A DNA stretch of 64,000 nucleotides, taken from the NCBI GenBank assembly GCA_963798845.1, contig CAWCUS010000001.1, positions 256,001-320,000 on the forward strand, read 5' to 3'. The DNA is from an uncultured Gemmatimonadales bacterium. GTDB lineage: Bacteria > Gemmatimonadota > Gemmatimonadetes > Longimicrobiales > RSA9. Shown here one piece after another: positions 49,646-59,079 of this stretch (its first letter is position 1; the number at the start of each line of letters is the position of its first letter). A program made the translations under genes and the position numbers. The notes under the pieces are model-generated. The model was not told where the DNA came from. It saw nothing but the letters and a program-made list of their open reading frames with translations, and did not search any database.

Positions 49646-50581
49646 ATGACCGACAAGCCGCGACCCGACCTGCTGCGCGAAGGCCGCGCCGACCTGCTCG
49701 CACCGCACCAGCTGGCGGCGCTGGGCGGGCTGGAATTCGTCGCCAGTCGCGTGGTCGAGGGACTGCTCACCGGGCTCCACCGCTCGCCGCACCGGGGGTT
49801 CAGCGTCGAGTTCGCGGAGCACCGGCCGTACCAGCCCGGTGATGACCTCCGCTTCGTCGACTGGCGGATGTTCGGGCGCTCCGACCGGTATTACGTGAAG
49901 CAGTTCGAGGAGGAGACGAGCCTCCGCGCCACCCTCCTCGTCGACCTGAGTGCGTCCATGGACTGGAGCTCCGACCCCGGCGGAGGGCTCCCCACCAAGC
50001 TGTGGTACGCGCGCCAGCTCGCGGCCGCGCTCGCGCTGCTCCTGTCACGGCAGGGGGACGCGGTGGGCCTCACTGCCTTCGACGAGGTGGTCCGCTCTCG
50101 GCTGGCGCCGAGAGGAGGGCGCGCCCACTGGCACACGGTTGTCCGCCAGCTCGAGGGGCTGAAGCCCGGCGGCCGCACTGATGCGGCCTCCCCGCTCCGA
50201 GACGTGGCGGCGCGGATGCGCCGGCGCGGCCTCGCCGTCCTGATCTCCGACCTCCTGGTCGACCCCGAGCAGACGCGTCTCGCGCTCCGCATGCTCCGCC
50301 ACCAGGGTCACGAGGTGCTGGTCTTCCACCTCATGGATCCGGGCGAGCGCGACCTACCGACGGTCCGGGACGCCCGCTTTGTCGACCCCGAGAGCGGCGA
50401 GGAGATCCCGGCGACCACCGCAGACCTCAGGACTGCCTACCGCCGCGCGGTGGAGGAAGCAGTGGACGAGTGGCGGGGAGCACTCTCTCCCGAAGGCATG
50501 GATTACCACCTGGTCCAGACCGATCAGCCGATGGCGCTCGCGCTCCGGCAGTACATCCGCCGCCGCGAGTCCATTCGCTGA
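49646..50581 (+). CDS. DUF58 domain protein (vWA-like, MoxR-associated)
   Basis: GLHRSPHRGFSVEFAEHRPYQPGDDLRFVDW, DLSASM and ISD motifs. Confidence 0.92.
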   Translation: MTDKPRPDLLREGRADLLAPHQLAALGGLEFVASRVVEGLLTGLHRSPHRGFSVEFAEHRPYQPGDDLRFVDWRMFGRSDRYYVKQFEEETSLRATLLVDLSASMDWSSDPGGGLPTKLWYARQLAAALALLLSRQGDAVGLTAFDEVVRSRLAPRGGRAHWHTVVRQLEGLKPGGRTDAASPLRDVAARMRRRGLAVLISDLLVDPEQTRLALRMLRHQGHEVLVFHLMDPGERDLPTVRDARFVDPESGEEIPATTADLRTAYRRAVEEAVDEWRGALSPEGMDYHLVQTDQPMALALRQYIRRRESIR

Positions 50582-50618
50582 GCGCGACACCCGAAAGTGG
50601 GCCGGGGATCGGTGGCGA

Positions 50619-51971
50619 TCAGTCGCGGGGCAGGACCAGGTCGGCGCGCTCGGCGCGGCCGGAAACCAGACGCACTGCCGTCGGCGCTGGAGCGGTGGCG
50701 CCGGCTTCCCCGCGGGGGTCGGTGACGCGGATGGTGTAGGCGCCGGCGGGCACGCCGGCGAGCCGGTAGGAGCCGTCGCCGCCGGTGATCGCACGGTAGC
50801 GGGTGCCCGCGAGCTCGACGGCGACCCCGACCAGCGGGGTCCCGTCCGACCCCGACACGACGCCGTAGAGCGTGGCCCCGGCGGCCAGGGCGAGTGGCTC
50901 GCCGGTGGCCGTCCGCACGCTCCGCAGCTCGGCCCCGTGCTCCTTGATGGTCACCAGCTGGAGCGCGTTGTCCGACGTCCCGTAGCCCCCCACCTCCTTG
51001 AGCTGGAGCGGCATGCGGATGACCCACCGCTCCACAACCCAGGCCCCCGTGGCGAGGTGGGCGAACTCCACGCGTCCGCCCAGCTGCGCCCAGTCCCCAT
51101 AGCCGAATGGGAGCCCCTCATACGTGAAGTCGAGCCGGCGGAGCTCGGCCGTGCTGCGCTGGAGCCAGAGCGCCCCTTTCACGTCGGGGAGCGATCGCCC
51201 GGGAACCGGCTCGAAGCCGAGACCGATCAGGTCGTCCTCACCCGACGGCGGCCCACGCGCGACGAAGCAGTGGGTATCGAGGAAAGTCTCGGAGAGCAGC
51301 ACCTCGGCATCGGGTGCGTAGTAGTCGACGCTCCCGTCCGCCGCCTCCTGGACGTACCCGTCCGCCGCCAGACGCTCCGCCGGGATGCTCCTGTACATGC
51401 CGCTGGCGGAGCTTCCCGCCCGCGGCTTCTCGGTGGCGCTGGTCGCCTCGCCGGAGCGCACGTCCACCACCCGATCGAACTCCACGGCGTGGAAACGCAG
51501 AACCCGCTGCTGCTCGCTCCAGCGCGCCACCTCGAGCGCCTTCCGGGCCTCGTCCCACAGCCGCGCGGTGGCCTCGCCGGCGCCCGGCCTCCGCCGGCAC
51601 CTCGCACCCGCCTCCACCTCGATCCCCTCCAGCGTCACCGCTTCGACCGGGACGGTCAGGTCGCGCTGGACGGTCGCCCCGTGCTCGAGTGCGACGGGGT
51701 CGGTTCGCGCGGTGGCATGCCCGATGAGCTCGGCCAGGATCCGGAAGCGGCCCGGGGTGGCGCGGAGATGGTAGCGCCCGTCCGCGCCCGTGAGGACGCC
51801 CAGGTGCCGCTCGCCGTCTTCCGACTCGAGCACGACGAAGACGCCCTCCAGCGGCTGCTGCGTCCCCGCCTCGATCACCCGCCCCACCACCGTCTGCGCC
51901 GGAGCCCGGCCGACCACGGCGAGGAGCGCGAGGAACACCCACACGTGGGCCCCGGCGCGTCGTATGCTCAT
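50619..51971 (-). CDS. Exported protein with carboxypeptidase regulatory-like (Ig-like) domains at both ends
   Basis: Signal peptide; GRVIEAGTQQPLEGV...TGADGRY and GVVSGSDGTPLVGV...GDGSY segments. Confidence 0.8.
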   Translation of the reverse strand: MSIRRAGAHVWVFLALLAVVGRAPAQTVVGRVIEAGTQQPLEGVFVVLESEDGERHLGVLTGADGRYHLRATPGRFRILAELIGHATARTDPVALEHGATVQRDLTVPVEAVTLEGIEVEAGARCRRRPGAGEATARLWDEARKALEVARWSEQQRVLRFHAVEFDRVVDVRSGEATSATEKPRAGSSASGMYRSIPAERLAADGYVQEAADGSVDYYAPDAEVLLSETFLDTHCFVARGPPSGEDDLIGLGFEPVPGRSLPDVKGALWLQRSTAELRRLDFTYEGLPFGYGDWAQLGGRVEFAHLATGAWVVERWVIRMPLQLKEVGGYGTSDNALQLVTIKEHGAELRSVRTATGEPLALAAGATLYGVVSGSDGTPLVGVAVELAGTRYRAITGGDGSYRLAGVPAGAYTIRVTDPRGEAGATAPAPTAVRLVSGRAERADLVLPRD

Positions 51972-52088
51972 GATGTCCCCAGTGTGCGCCGCCGCCCTCG
52001 AATTGTCCAGTGACGGGAGCCCCCGGCGGATTGACGCGGATTGTGCCTCCGTTAGGTTCAGCCCGACCATGGAGCATTCAGCGAATAC

Positions 52089-54107
52089 ATGACGTTTCTC
52101 GCCCCTGCCCTGGGCGCCCTGGCCGCAGCCGTGGCCGTCCCGCTCGTGCTGCACCTCCTGCAGCGCCACCAGGGCCCCCGCATGATCTTCCCCGCGCTCC
52201 GCTACCTGCGCCGCGCCGAGCGCGAGCACGCCACGCGCATCCGCCTGCGCCAGATCCTTCTCCTGGCGCTCCGCGTCCTGGCGATCCTGCTGGTCGCGGC
52301 GGCCGCCGCGCGGCCGTTCCTTCCCCTGGGCGGAAGCGCACACGTGCCCATGGCCGTGGTGATCATCCTCGACAACTCGCTCTCGACGGGTGCCGTCGTG
52401 GGCGACCACCGCGTCATCGACGGACTCCGTGATGCAGCGCTCGAGTCCGTCGCCGCCGCCGGGCCGGACGACCGCATCTGGCTGATCCGGGCGGGCGAGC
52501 CGTGGGCCCCGGCGCTCACGGGCGACGCCGCCGCGCTGGTCCCCGTGATCCGCGCGACCTCGCCGTCCTCCGGGCGCGCGGACCTGCAGTCCGCGGTAGG
52601 GCGGGCCGCGGACCTCCTCGAGAGCGACGGCGGCACGCGCCCCCGGGAGATCCAGCTGGTCAGCGACCTCCAGGAGAGCGCGCTCGAGAGCGGAGCCGCA
52701 ACGAACGCCGCCGGTGCGGTCATGGTCTCGAGCCCCGCAGCGCCGCCGGCGCTCCACGGGGCGCGCCTCCGCGTGCTCCGCCCAACGGTGCCTCCTCCGG
52801 CCAACCGGGGGGTGGGCGGGGTGGAGGTGGGCGGAGGCGCGCCGCCGCGGGCGGGGCAGCGCTCCTCGGTGACCGCGACACTGACGGGATCGGGCACCGG
52901 CGACGCGGTGGGTGTCCGCCTCGTGGTCGACAGCGCGGTGATCGCCGCCGGACGTGCCGCGCCTGGCGAGTCCGCCGTCCTCGCCTTCGGGCCCCGGGAG
53001 GCCGGAACGGTGGCAGGGCGCGTGGAGATCGACGCCGATGCCCTGGTCGCGGACGACCGCCGCTTCTTCGTCGCGGACGTGCGGCCGCCTCCGCGCGTGG
53101 CGATCACGCGCTCCCGGCCATTCGTGAACGACGCCCTGTCGGTGCTCGAGGACGCGGATCGGATACGCCGGTCCGAGCCGGCGTTCGCCGACGTCGTGAT
53201 TGCCCCGGCCGCCACGGGTCTGGATGCGGTCGCGGCCGCCGCGGCCATCATCGTCTCGCCGCCGGCGTCGCCCGTGGAGCGGCCCGCGGCGAACCGCCGG
53301 CTGGCGGACGCCGGGGTGCCGTGGCGCTTCGGAGAGCCGGTCCCGGGCGAGGCTCGGCTGGCATCGGGAGGGACCGGCCTGGACCGGGCGCTGGCCGATG
53401 TGCGGCTGGAGGCGCCCTATCCCCTCGAGCCGGTGGCTCACACGCCGGACACCACCCTGGTCCGCCTCGAGGATGGCGGGCCATGGGCCGTGGCGGGCAC
53501 CGCGGCCACCGGGCGCCGCTTCGTCCTGCTCGGCTCCCCGCTCACGCCCGACGGTGGCACGCTTCCCACCTCTGCCGCCATGGTGCCGCTCCTCGAGACC
53601 GCGCTGGGCGCGTGGGCCGCGGGTCGCCCGGCGAGCGTCGCGTACCAGCCCGGCGACCTCGTGGGCGTTGCCGGCGCCGATTCCGTGCGCGCCCCCGACG
53701 GCCGGGTGGAAGCGGTGGGGGCCTCCACCGTGTACCGCCTCACCGGCGCGGGCATCTACCGGACCACGCATGGCGACACCACCCTCGCCGAGCTCGCGGT
53801 CAATCCTCCTCCCTCCGAGTCCGATCTCGCCCGCGCCACCCGCCAGGACCTGCTCACCGCCTTCGGCGGCGGACAGGCGGTGGACGTCGTTGGACCCCGC
53901 ATGTGGTCCCGCGCCATCTACCACCGTCGTCTCGGTCGAGAGATCACGCTCCCCCTCGTGGCGGCGGCGATCCTCCTTCTCCTGATCGAGACCACCGTCT
54001 CCGCCAGCGGCGGGACCGGCGGAGGGGCCGGCATCCGCCGGGGCACGCGGACCGGGACGGCTTCGACTGTCGCCGCCGCCGGCGGCTCGGAGGAGGCGCC
54101 CGCCTGA
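52089..54107 (+). CDS. BatA N-terminal domain / vWA membrane protein
   Basis: PLVLHLL...FPALRYL...LLLALR; vWA motifs LDNSLS and VSDLQ; C-terminal TM helix. Confidence 0.85.
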   Translation: MTFLAPALGALAAAVAVPLVLHLLQRHQGPRMIFPALRYLRRAEREHATRIRLRQILLLALRVLAILLVAAAAARPFLPLGGSAHVPMAVVIILDNSLSTGAVVGDHRVIDGLRDAALESVAAAGPDDRIWLIRAGEPWAPALTGDAAALVPVIRATSPSSGRADLQSAVGRAADLLESDGGTRPREIQLVSDLQESALESGAATNAAGAVMVSSPAAPPALHGARLRVLRPTVPPPANRGVGGVEVGGGAPPRAGQRSSVTATLTGSGTGDAVGVRLVVDSAVIAAGRAAPGESAVLAFGPREAGTVAGRVEIDADALVADDRRFFVADVRPPPRVAITRSRPFVNDALSVLEDADRIRRSEPAFADVVIAPAATGLDAVAAAAAIIVSPPASPVERPAANRRLADAGVPWRFGEPVPGEARLASGGTGLDRALADVRLEAPYPLEPVAHTPDTTLVRLEDGGPWAVAGTAATGRRFVLLGSPLTPDGGTLPTSAAMVPLLETALGAWAAGRPASVAYQPGDLVGVAGADSVRAPDGRVEAVGASTVYRLTGAGIYRTTHGDTTLAELAVNPPPSESDLARATRQDLLTAFGGGQAVDVVGPRMWSRAIYHRRLGREITLPLVAAAILLLLIETTVSASGGTGGGAGIRRGTRTGTASTVAAAGGSEEAPA

Positions 54108-57100
54108 TGCACCCGCTCGTGCTCGACGCGGTCCGGCGGCAGTCGGTGTACGCCGCGCTGCGGGCCGGCCTCCCCGGCCCCGGGATGACCCGCTCCGTCG
54201 CAAACCTGCCCGGCTCCCTCCCCGCCGCGCTCGCGGCGACGCTTGCCGGCGACCTGGAGCGGCGAATGTGGGTGGTGGTGGCGAGCGATCCGCCGGAGGC
54301 GGAGGCGGTGGAGTCGGACCTTGCCACACTCCTCCCGGAAGGGAAGAGCGCGCTTTACCCGCAGCGCGAAGCGCTCCCGTTCGAAGCCGAGGAGCACCAC
54401 GTGGAGGTGAGCGGGCAGCGAGTCGAGGCGCTCGAGGCGCTGCTGTCCGGCCGCGTCCGCGTCCTGGTCACGACGGCGAGAGCGGTGCAGGAGCGTGAGC
54501 GCATCCCGGACGCCCTGGCCCAGCTGCGCCTCACCCTGCGCGTCGGCGACGCCGTTCGCCCGGCCGAGCTGGGCGCACGCCTCGAGGAGATGGGGTTCGA
54601 GCGCACGGAGCTGGTGGAGCAGGTGGGCGAGTACGCCGCCCGCGGCGGGATCGTGGACCTGTTCAGCTTCGGCGCCGAGGACCCGGCGCGCCTCGAGTTC
54701 TGGGGAGACGAGATCTCGTCGATCCGCCGGTTCGACATTCTCGACCAGCGTTCCACCGAGAGGCTCGACGCGGTGGACGTCCTCCCCGTCGACCTGAAGC
54801 TCGCGTCCGCCGGCGCCACCACGCGCCGCTCGCTCCTGGACGTCCTTCCCCGCGACGCGATCCTGCTCCAGCTCCACCCGGGCGAGGAGGCGCTGTTCGA
54901 CGGCGCCTGGGACAAGCTGCTCGAGCTGCACGAGGTCGAGCAGCGCCGCGGCCACGACCCCGAAGCGCCCGAAGCGCTGTTGCTCCCGCCCGCCGAAGTC
55001 CGCGGGCGCCTGGCCGACTTCGGACGCATCGCCTGCCTCGACGATGGAGAGCTCCGCTTCGACGCTCGCCGCCCCGAGACCGTGGATCGGGACACCACGC
55101 GCCTGGATGCGCTGCTCCGCGCGGCCGCGGCCCGGGACGAGCGCACCCTTATCCTGTGCGATAACACCGGCCAGATGGAGCGGCTGGAGGAGCTGCTGGG
55201 CGGAGCGGAGCGCCTCCCGTCCGGGACGACCCTCGCTCTCGGCACCTTGGCCGGCGGCTTCGTCCTCGAAGGCGACGACCCGCTTCGCGTCCTCACCGAC
55301 CACGAGATCTTCCGGCGCGCCCGCCGGGTCCGCCGCGGCCGCCGCTTCCGTGGGGGCGGGGCGATCGAGAGCCTCAGCCAGCTTCAGCCTGGCGACTACG
55401 TGGTCCATATGGATCATGGCATCGGCCGCTTCCGCGGCCTGGAGCGCGTCACGGTCGGGGACACCACCATCGAGTCCCTGGCGATTGAATACGCCGGCTC
55501 CGAGGTGCTGCGGCTTCCGGTCTACCGCCTGGACCTGGTGGAGCGCTGGGTGCCGGAACGGGACGAGGCAGAGCCGCCGTCGCTCCACAAGATCGGCGGT
55601 CGGACGTGGAAGAAGCTGAAGCAGCGAACGCAGGCGGCCATCGAACGCATGGCCCTCGAGCTGCTCGAGCTGTACGCCGCCCGCAAGGTGGCCGAGCGCC
55701 CGCCCTACCCGCCGGACACCCGCTGGCAGAAGGAAATGGAGAGCGCGTTCCTTTACGAGGACACGCCCGACCAGCGCGCCACCACGGAGGCGGTGAAGCG
55801 CGACATGGAGGCGACCCGCCCCATGGACCGCCTGGTGGTCGGCGACGTCGGATACGGCAAGACCGAGGTGGCCATCCGCGCGGCCTTCAAGGCCGTCCAG
55901 GACGGACGCCAGGTCGCGGTGCTGGCCCCCACCACCATCCTGGTGGAGCAGCACTTCCACACCTTTCGGGAGCGGCTTGCGGACTACCCCGTTCGCATCG
56001 AGGCGCTCAGCCGCTTCCGCACGGCCAGCGAACAGGTGGCCATCGTCGCCGACCTGGCGGCCGGACAGACGGACGTGGTGGTGGGCACGCACAGACTCCT
56101 CCAGGGAGACGTCGGCTTCGCCAACCTCGGGCTTCTCGTTGTGGACGAGGAGCAGCGCTTCGGCGTCCGGCAGAAGGAGCGCCTCAAGGAGCTGAAGCGG
56201 AACATCGACGTACTGGCGCTCACTGCCACACCGATCCCCCGCACGCTCCACCTGTCGCTGGCCGGGTTGCGTGACCTCTCCCTCATGGAGACGCCGCCGC
56301 GCGACCGGATGCCCATCATCACCCACGTCGTCCCCTGGATCGACGAGGTGGTCCGCGACGCCGTGCTGCGGGAGCTGGATCGGGGTGGCCAGGTTTTCGT
56401 GGTCCACAACCGCATCGAGTCGCTCGCCGCCGTGGCGGAACGCGTCAAGCGCCTCGTGCCCGACGTCGCGGAGGTGGATACCGCCCACGGCCAGATGAGC
56501 GCCCGGGAGCTCGACCGTGTGATGGCGCGCTTCCTGGAGCGGAAGTTCCACGTGCTGGTGACCACGGCGATCATCGAGAACGGGCTGGATATCCCGACGG
56601 CGAACACGCTGATCGTGGACCGCGCGGACATGTTCGGGCTGAGCCAGCTGTACCAGCTCCGCGGGCGCGTCGGACGGTCACACCACCGGGCGTTCTGCTA
56701 TCTCGTGGCGCCCGAGGGGATCACGCTCGATGCCGAGCGACGGCTCCGCATCCTCGAGCACCATACCGAGCTCGGCAGCGGCTACGCCATCGCCCTCAAG
56801 GACCTGGAGATGCGCGGCGCTGGGAACATCCTCGGCTCCGATCAATCGGGCCACATCCACGCCGTCGGCGTGGACACCTACACGCGCATGCTGGAGAAGA
56901 CTGTCGCGCGCCTGAAGGGGGCGGAGGAACGCGAGAGCTACCCCGCACCCGACGTCAGCATGGAGGGGCCGGCCTATCTCCCCGATGGCTACGTAGGCAG
57001 CTCCGCCGAGAAGCTCCACCTCTATCGCCGTCTATCGCGCGCACAGAAGGTCCAGGACGTGGTCGCGCTGGCCGCCGAGGTCACGGATCGCTTCGGGGCT

Positions 57101-57379
57101 CCGCCGCCCGAAGTGCGCCGCCTCCTCGACTCCGCTCGACTCCGCCTCCTCGGACAGTCGCTGGGCGTCGACCGCATCAACCTGAGAGACGACCAGGCCC
57201 GCCTCTCCTTCCGGCCCGATGTCGTTCCGCGGCTGACGGCGCTCCAGTCGGCCATGCACGGCAGCCAGATCGAGGTGGAGGTCCGGAGAACCGACCCCCT
57301 CAGCCTCGTGCTCCACCGCCTCGGAACTGCCCCTCTCGCCCACGCCGTCGCGGAAGCCCTGACCCTGCTCGCCGCCTGA
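54107..57379 (+). CDS. mfd: Transcription-repair coupling factor
   Basis: RGGIVD, HGIGRF, GDVGYGKTEVA, DEEQRFG, TATPIPRTL and QLRGRVGR motifs. Confidence 0.98.
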   Translation: MHPLVLDAVRRQSVYAALRAGLPGPGMTRSVANLPGSLPAALAATLAGDLERRMWVVVASDPPEAEAVESDLATLLPEGKSALYPQREALPFEAEEHHVEVSGQRVEALEALLSGRVRVLVTTARAVQERERIPDALAQLRLTLRVGDAVRPAELGARLEEMGFERTELVEQVGEYAARGGIVDLFSFGAEDPARLEFWGDEISSIRRFDILDQRSTERLDAVDVLPVDLKLASAGATTRRSLLDVLPRDAILLQLHPGEEALFDGAWDKLLELHEVEQRRGHDPEAPEALLLPPAEVRGRLADFGRIACLDDGELRFDARRPETVDRDTTRLDALLRAAAARDERTLILCDNTGQMERLEELLGGAERLPSGTTLALGTLAGGFVLEGDDPLRVLTDHEIFRRARRVRRGRRFRGGGAIESLSQLQPGDYVVHMDHGIGRFRGLERVTVGDTTIESLAIEYAGSEVLRLPVYRLDLVERWVPERDEAEPPSLHKIGGRTWKKLKQRTQAAIERMALELLELYAARKVAERPPYPPDTRWQKEMESAFLYEDTPDQRATTEAVKRDMEATRPMDRLVVGDVGYGKTEVAIRAAFKAVQDGRQVAVLAPTTILVEQHFHTFRERLADYPVRIEALSRFRTASEQVAIVADLAAGQTDVVVGTHRLLQGDVGFANLGLLVVDEEQRFGVRQKERLKELKRNIDVLALTATPIPRTLHLSLAGLRDLSLMETPPRDRMPIITHVVPWIDEVVRDAVLRELDRGGQVFVVHNRIESLAAVAERVKRLVPDVAEVDTAHGQMSARELDRVMARFLERKFHVLVTTAIIENGLDIPTANTLIVDRADMFGLSQLYQLRGRVGRSHHRAFCYLVAPEGITLDAERRLRILEHHTELGSGYAIALKDLEMRGAGNILGSDQSGHIHAVGVDTYTRMLEKTVARLKGAEERESYPAPDVSMEGPAYLPDGYVGSSAEKLHLYRRLSRAQKVQDVVALAAEVTDRFGAPPPEVRRLLDSARLRLLGQSLGVDRINLRDDQARLSFRPDVVPRLTALQSAMHGSQIEVEVRRTDPLSLVLHRLGTAPLAHAVAEALTLLAA

Positions 57380-57456
57380 GCCGGCCCGACCCGCCCACAC
57401 GAGCCCCGCGCGCACGCGCACCGGCGGCTGCCCGCCACGAGGCCGGCGACGGCAGG

Positions 57457-57485
57457 TTGAACCCGCGCACCCGGTCCGGTATCTT
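57457..57485 (+). promoter_or_regulatory. Sigma70-type promoter of the first foldase gene
   Basis: TTGAAC-17bp-TATCTT. Confidence 0.6.
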
Positions 57486-57516
57486 CCCGCGGCTCTATCC
57501 CATCTGAGGAGACACG

Positions 57517-58998
57517 ATGAAGCGATATCTGGCGCTGGCCCTGGTGGCGGTGACGGCCGCCGGCTGCGAGGGCTTTCAGGACGCCATGACGGCGCACACG
57601 GACGTGGTCGCGCGGGCTGGCGGCCACGAGCTGAGCGTGAACGACGTGGTGGACCTGCTGGCGGGGCAGCCACGAATCCCCGCCACCACCGAGGTGGTCT
57701 CGTCGCTGACGGACCTGTGGGTGGACTACACGCTGCTGGCGGAGGCGCTGGCCCACGACAGCACCCTGTCGCAGCTCGACCTGCAGCCCATGCTCCAGCA
57801 GTACGTCGAGCAGCGCACGTTCATGCAGCTGCGGGACTCGCTCACTTCGGCCGACACCGTCTTCACGGACGCCGAGCTCCGGAAGCTCTTCGACGAACAG
57901 GCGCCCGGGCTGCGCGTCCACGCGCGCCACATCCTCCTGACCTTTCCCGACAGCGCCACGCAGGCGCAACGCGACAGCGTGTGGACGCTGGCGCGGCAGA
58001 TCCGCGAGCGCGCCGTCGCGGGCGAGGATTTCGCGACGCTGGCCCGCGAGTACAGCCAGGATCCCGGCAGCGCCCAGCAGGGCGGCGATCTCGGCTGGTT
58101 CGAGTCGGGGAGCATGGTGAAGCCCTTCGAGGAGGCGGCGTTCAAGCTCCAGCCGGGGGAGATCAGCCCCGTTACGGAGACGCTCTTCGGCCTCCACATC
58201 ATCAAGGTGGAGGAGCGCCAGACGCCGTCGTTCGAGGACCAGGCGCCGCAGTTCCGCCGCCAGATGGTCACGCAGCGCCAGCAGCAGGCGCTGAAGACCT
58301 ACGTGGACTCTCTCACCGGGCCCGTCGGCCTGGAAGTGCAGAAGGGAGCCTACGACGTGGCGCGCGACCTGGCTTCGAACCCGTCGCAGGAGCTGAGCGG
58401 CCGCGCGGTTTCCCGGTCCCTCGTGAAATGGAAGGGCGGTGCTCTGACGGCAGGGGAGTTCCAACGCTTCATGCGACGGCTCCCGCCCCAGCAGCGCGCG
58501 CAGTTCTCGAACGCCGAGGACCAGCAGCTGGAATCGGTGCTCAACGACATCGCAACCAACGAGCTGGTGCTCGCCGACGCGGAGAAGCGGGGGATCACCG
58601 TCCCGCAGGAGGAGCGCGACTCCCTGGCCACGGTGATGCGCCTGCAGATCGCTGGTGTGGCGCGCCAGGCAGGACTCGCCGGCCCCTCCGCCGAGGGCGA
58701 GACGGGCTCCCAGGCGGTGGAGCGCCGCGTGCGCTCGCTGCTTCAGGGCATCGTCGCCGGCGAGCAGAACGTGCTTCCGCTCGGACCGCTCTCCTACGTG
58801 CTCCGCCAGAAGGCGGAGTGGCGCGTGTACGAGCGCGCCTTCCCGAACGTGGTGGAGAAGCTGGAGGCCCGCCGTGACCAGGCGGCCGGTCAGAATGCCC
58901 AGCCGTCCCCGCCCTCGGCGGACACCGGCGCGGCGGCGCAGCAGTCCGATACGGCGGCGGCGCCGGCCGGCCCGCCTCCCGCCGACAGCGGCCAGTGA
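57517..58998 (+). CDS. Lipoprotein peptidyl-prolyl isomerase (PpiC/parvulin foldase)
   Basis: Lipobox AAGC; ARHILL, FATLAREYSQD, GGDLGWF and FGLHIIKV motifs. Confidence 0.9.
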   Translation: MKRYLALALVAVTAAGCEGFQDAMTAHTDVVARAGGHELSVNDVVDLLAGQPRIPATTEVVSSLTDLWVDYTLLAEALAHDSTLSQLDLQPMLQQYVEQRTFMQLRDSLTSADTVFTDAELRKLFDEQAPGLRVHARHILLTFPDSATQAQRDSVWTLARQIRERAVAGEDFATLAREYSQDPGSAQQGGDLGWFESGSMVKPFEEAAFKLQPGEISPVTETLFGLHIIKVEERQTPSFEDQAPQFRRQMVTQRQQQALKTYVDSLTGPVGLEVQKGAYDVARDLASNPSQELSGRAVSRSLVKWKGGALTAGEFQRFMRRLPPQQRAQFSNAEDQQLESVLNDIATNELVLADAEKRGITVPQEERDSLATVMRLQIAGVARQAGLAGPSAEGETGSQAVERRVRSLLQGIVAGEQNVLPLGPLSYVLRQKAEWRVYERAFPNVVEKLEARRDQAAGQNAQPSPPSADTGAAAQQSDTAAAPAGPPPADSGQ

Positions 58999-59079
58999 GG
59001 AACTCGCGCTCGTCGCGGGTATATTAGGACGCGGGCCGGCCGGGGTGGCCGGCCCGTGCCGTTCCAAGGGTGTGAGAGC

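Noticed and set aside
52502..54106. Apparent 535-aa N-terminal extension of Mfd
   Set aside because: It overlaps the BatA gene in another frame and is low-complexity; the likely start is the ATG at 54107. Similar spurious extensions affect glmM, GT2, gmhA and the 50619 ORF.
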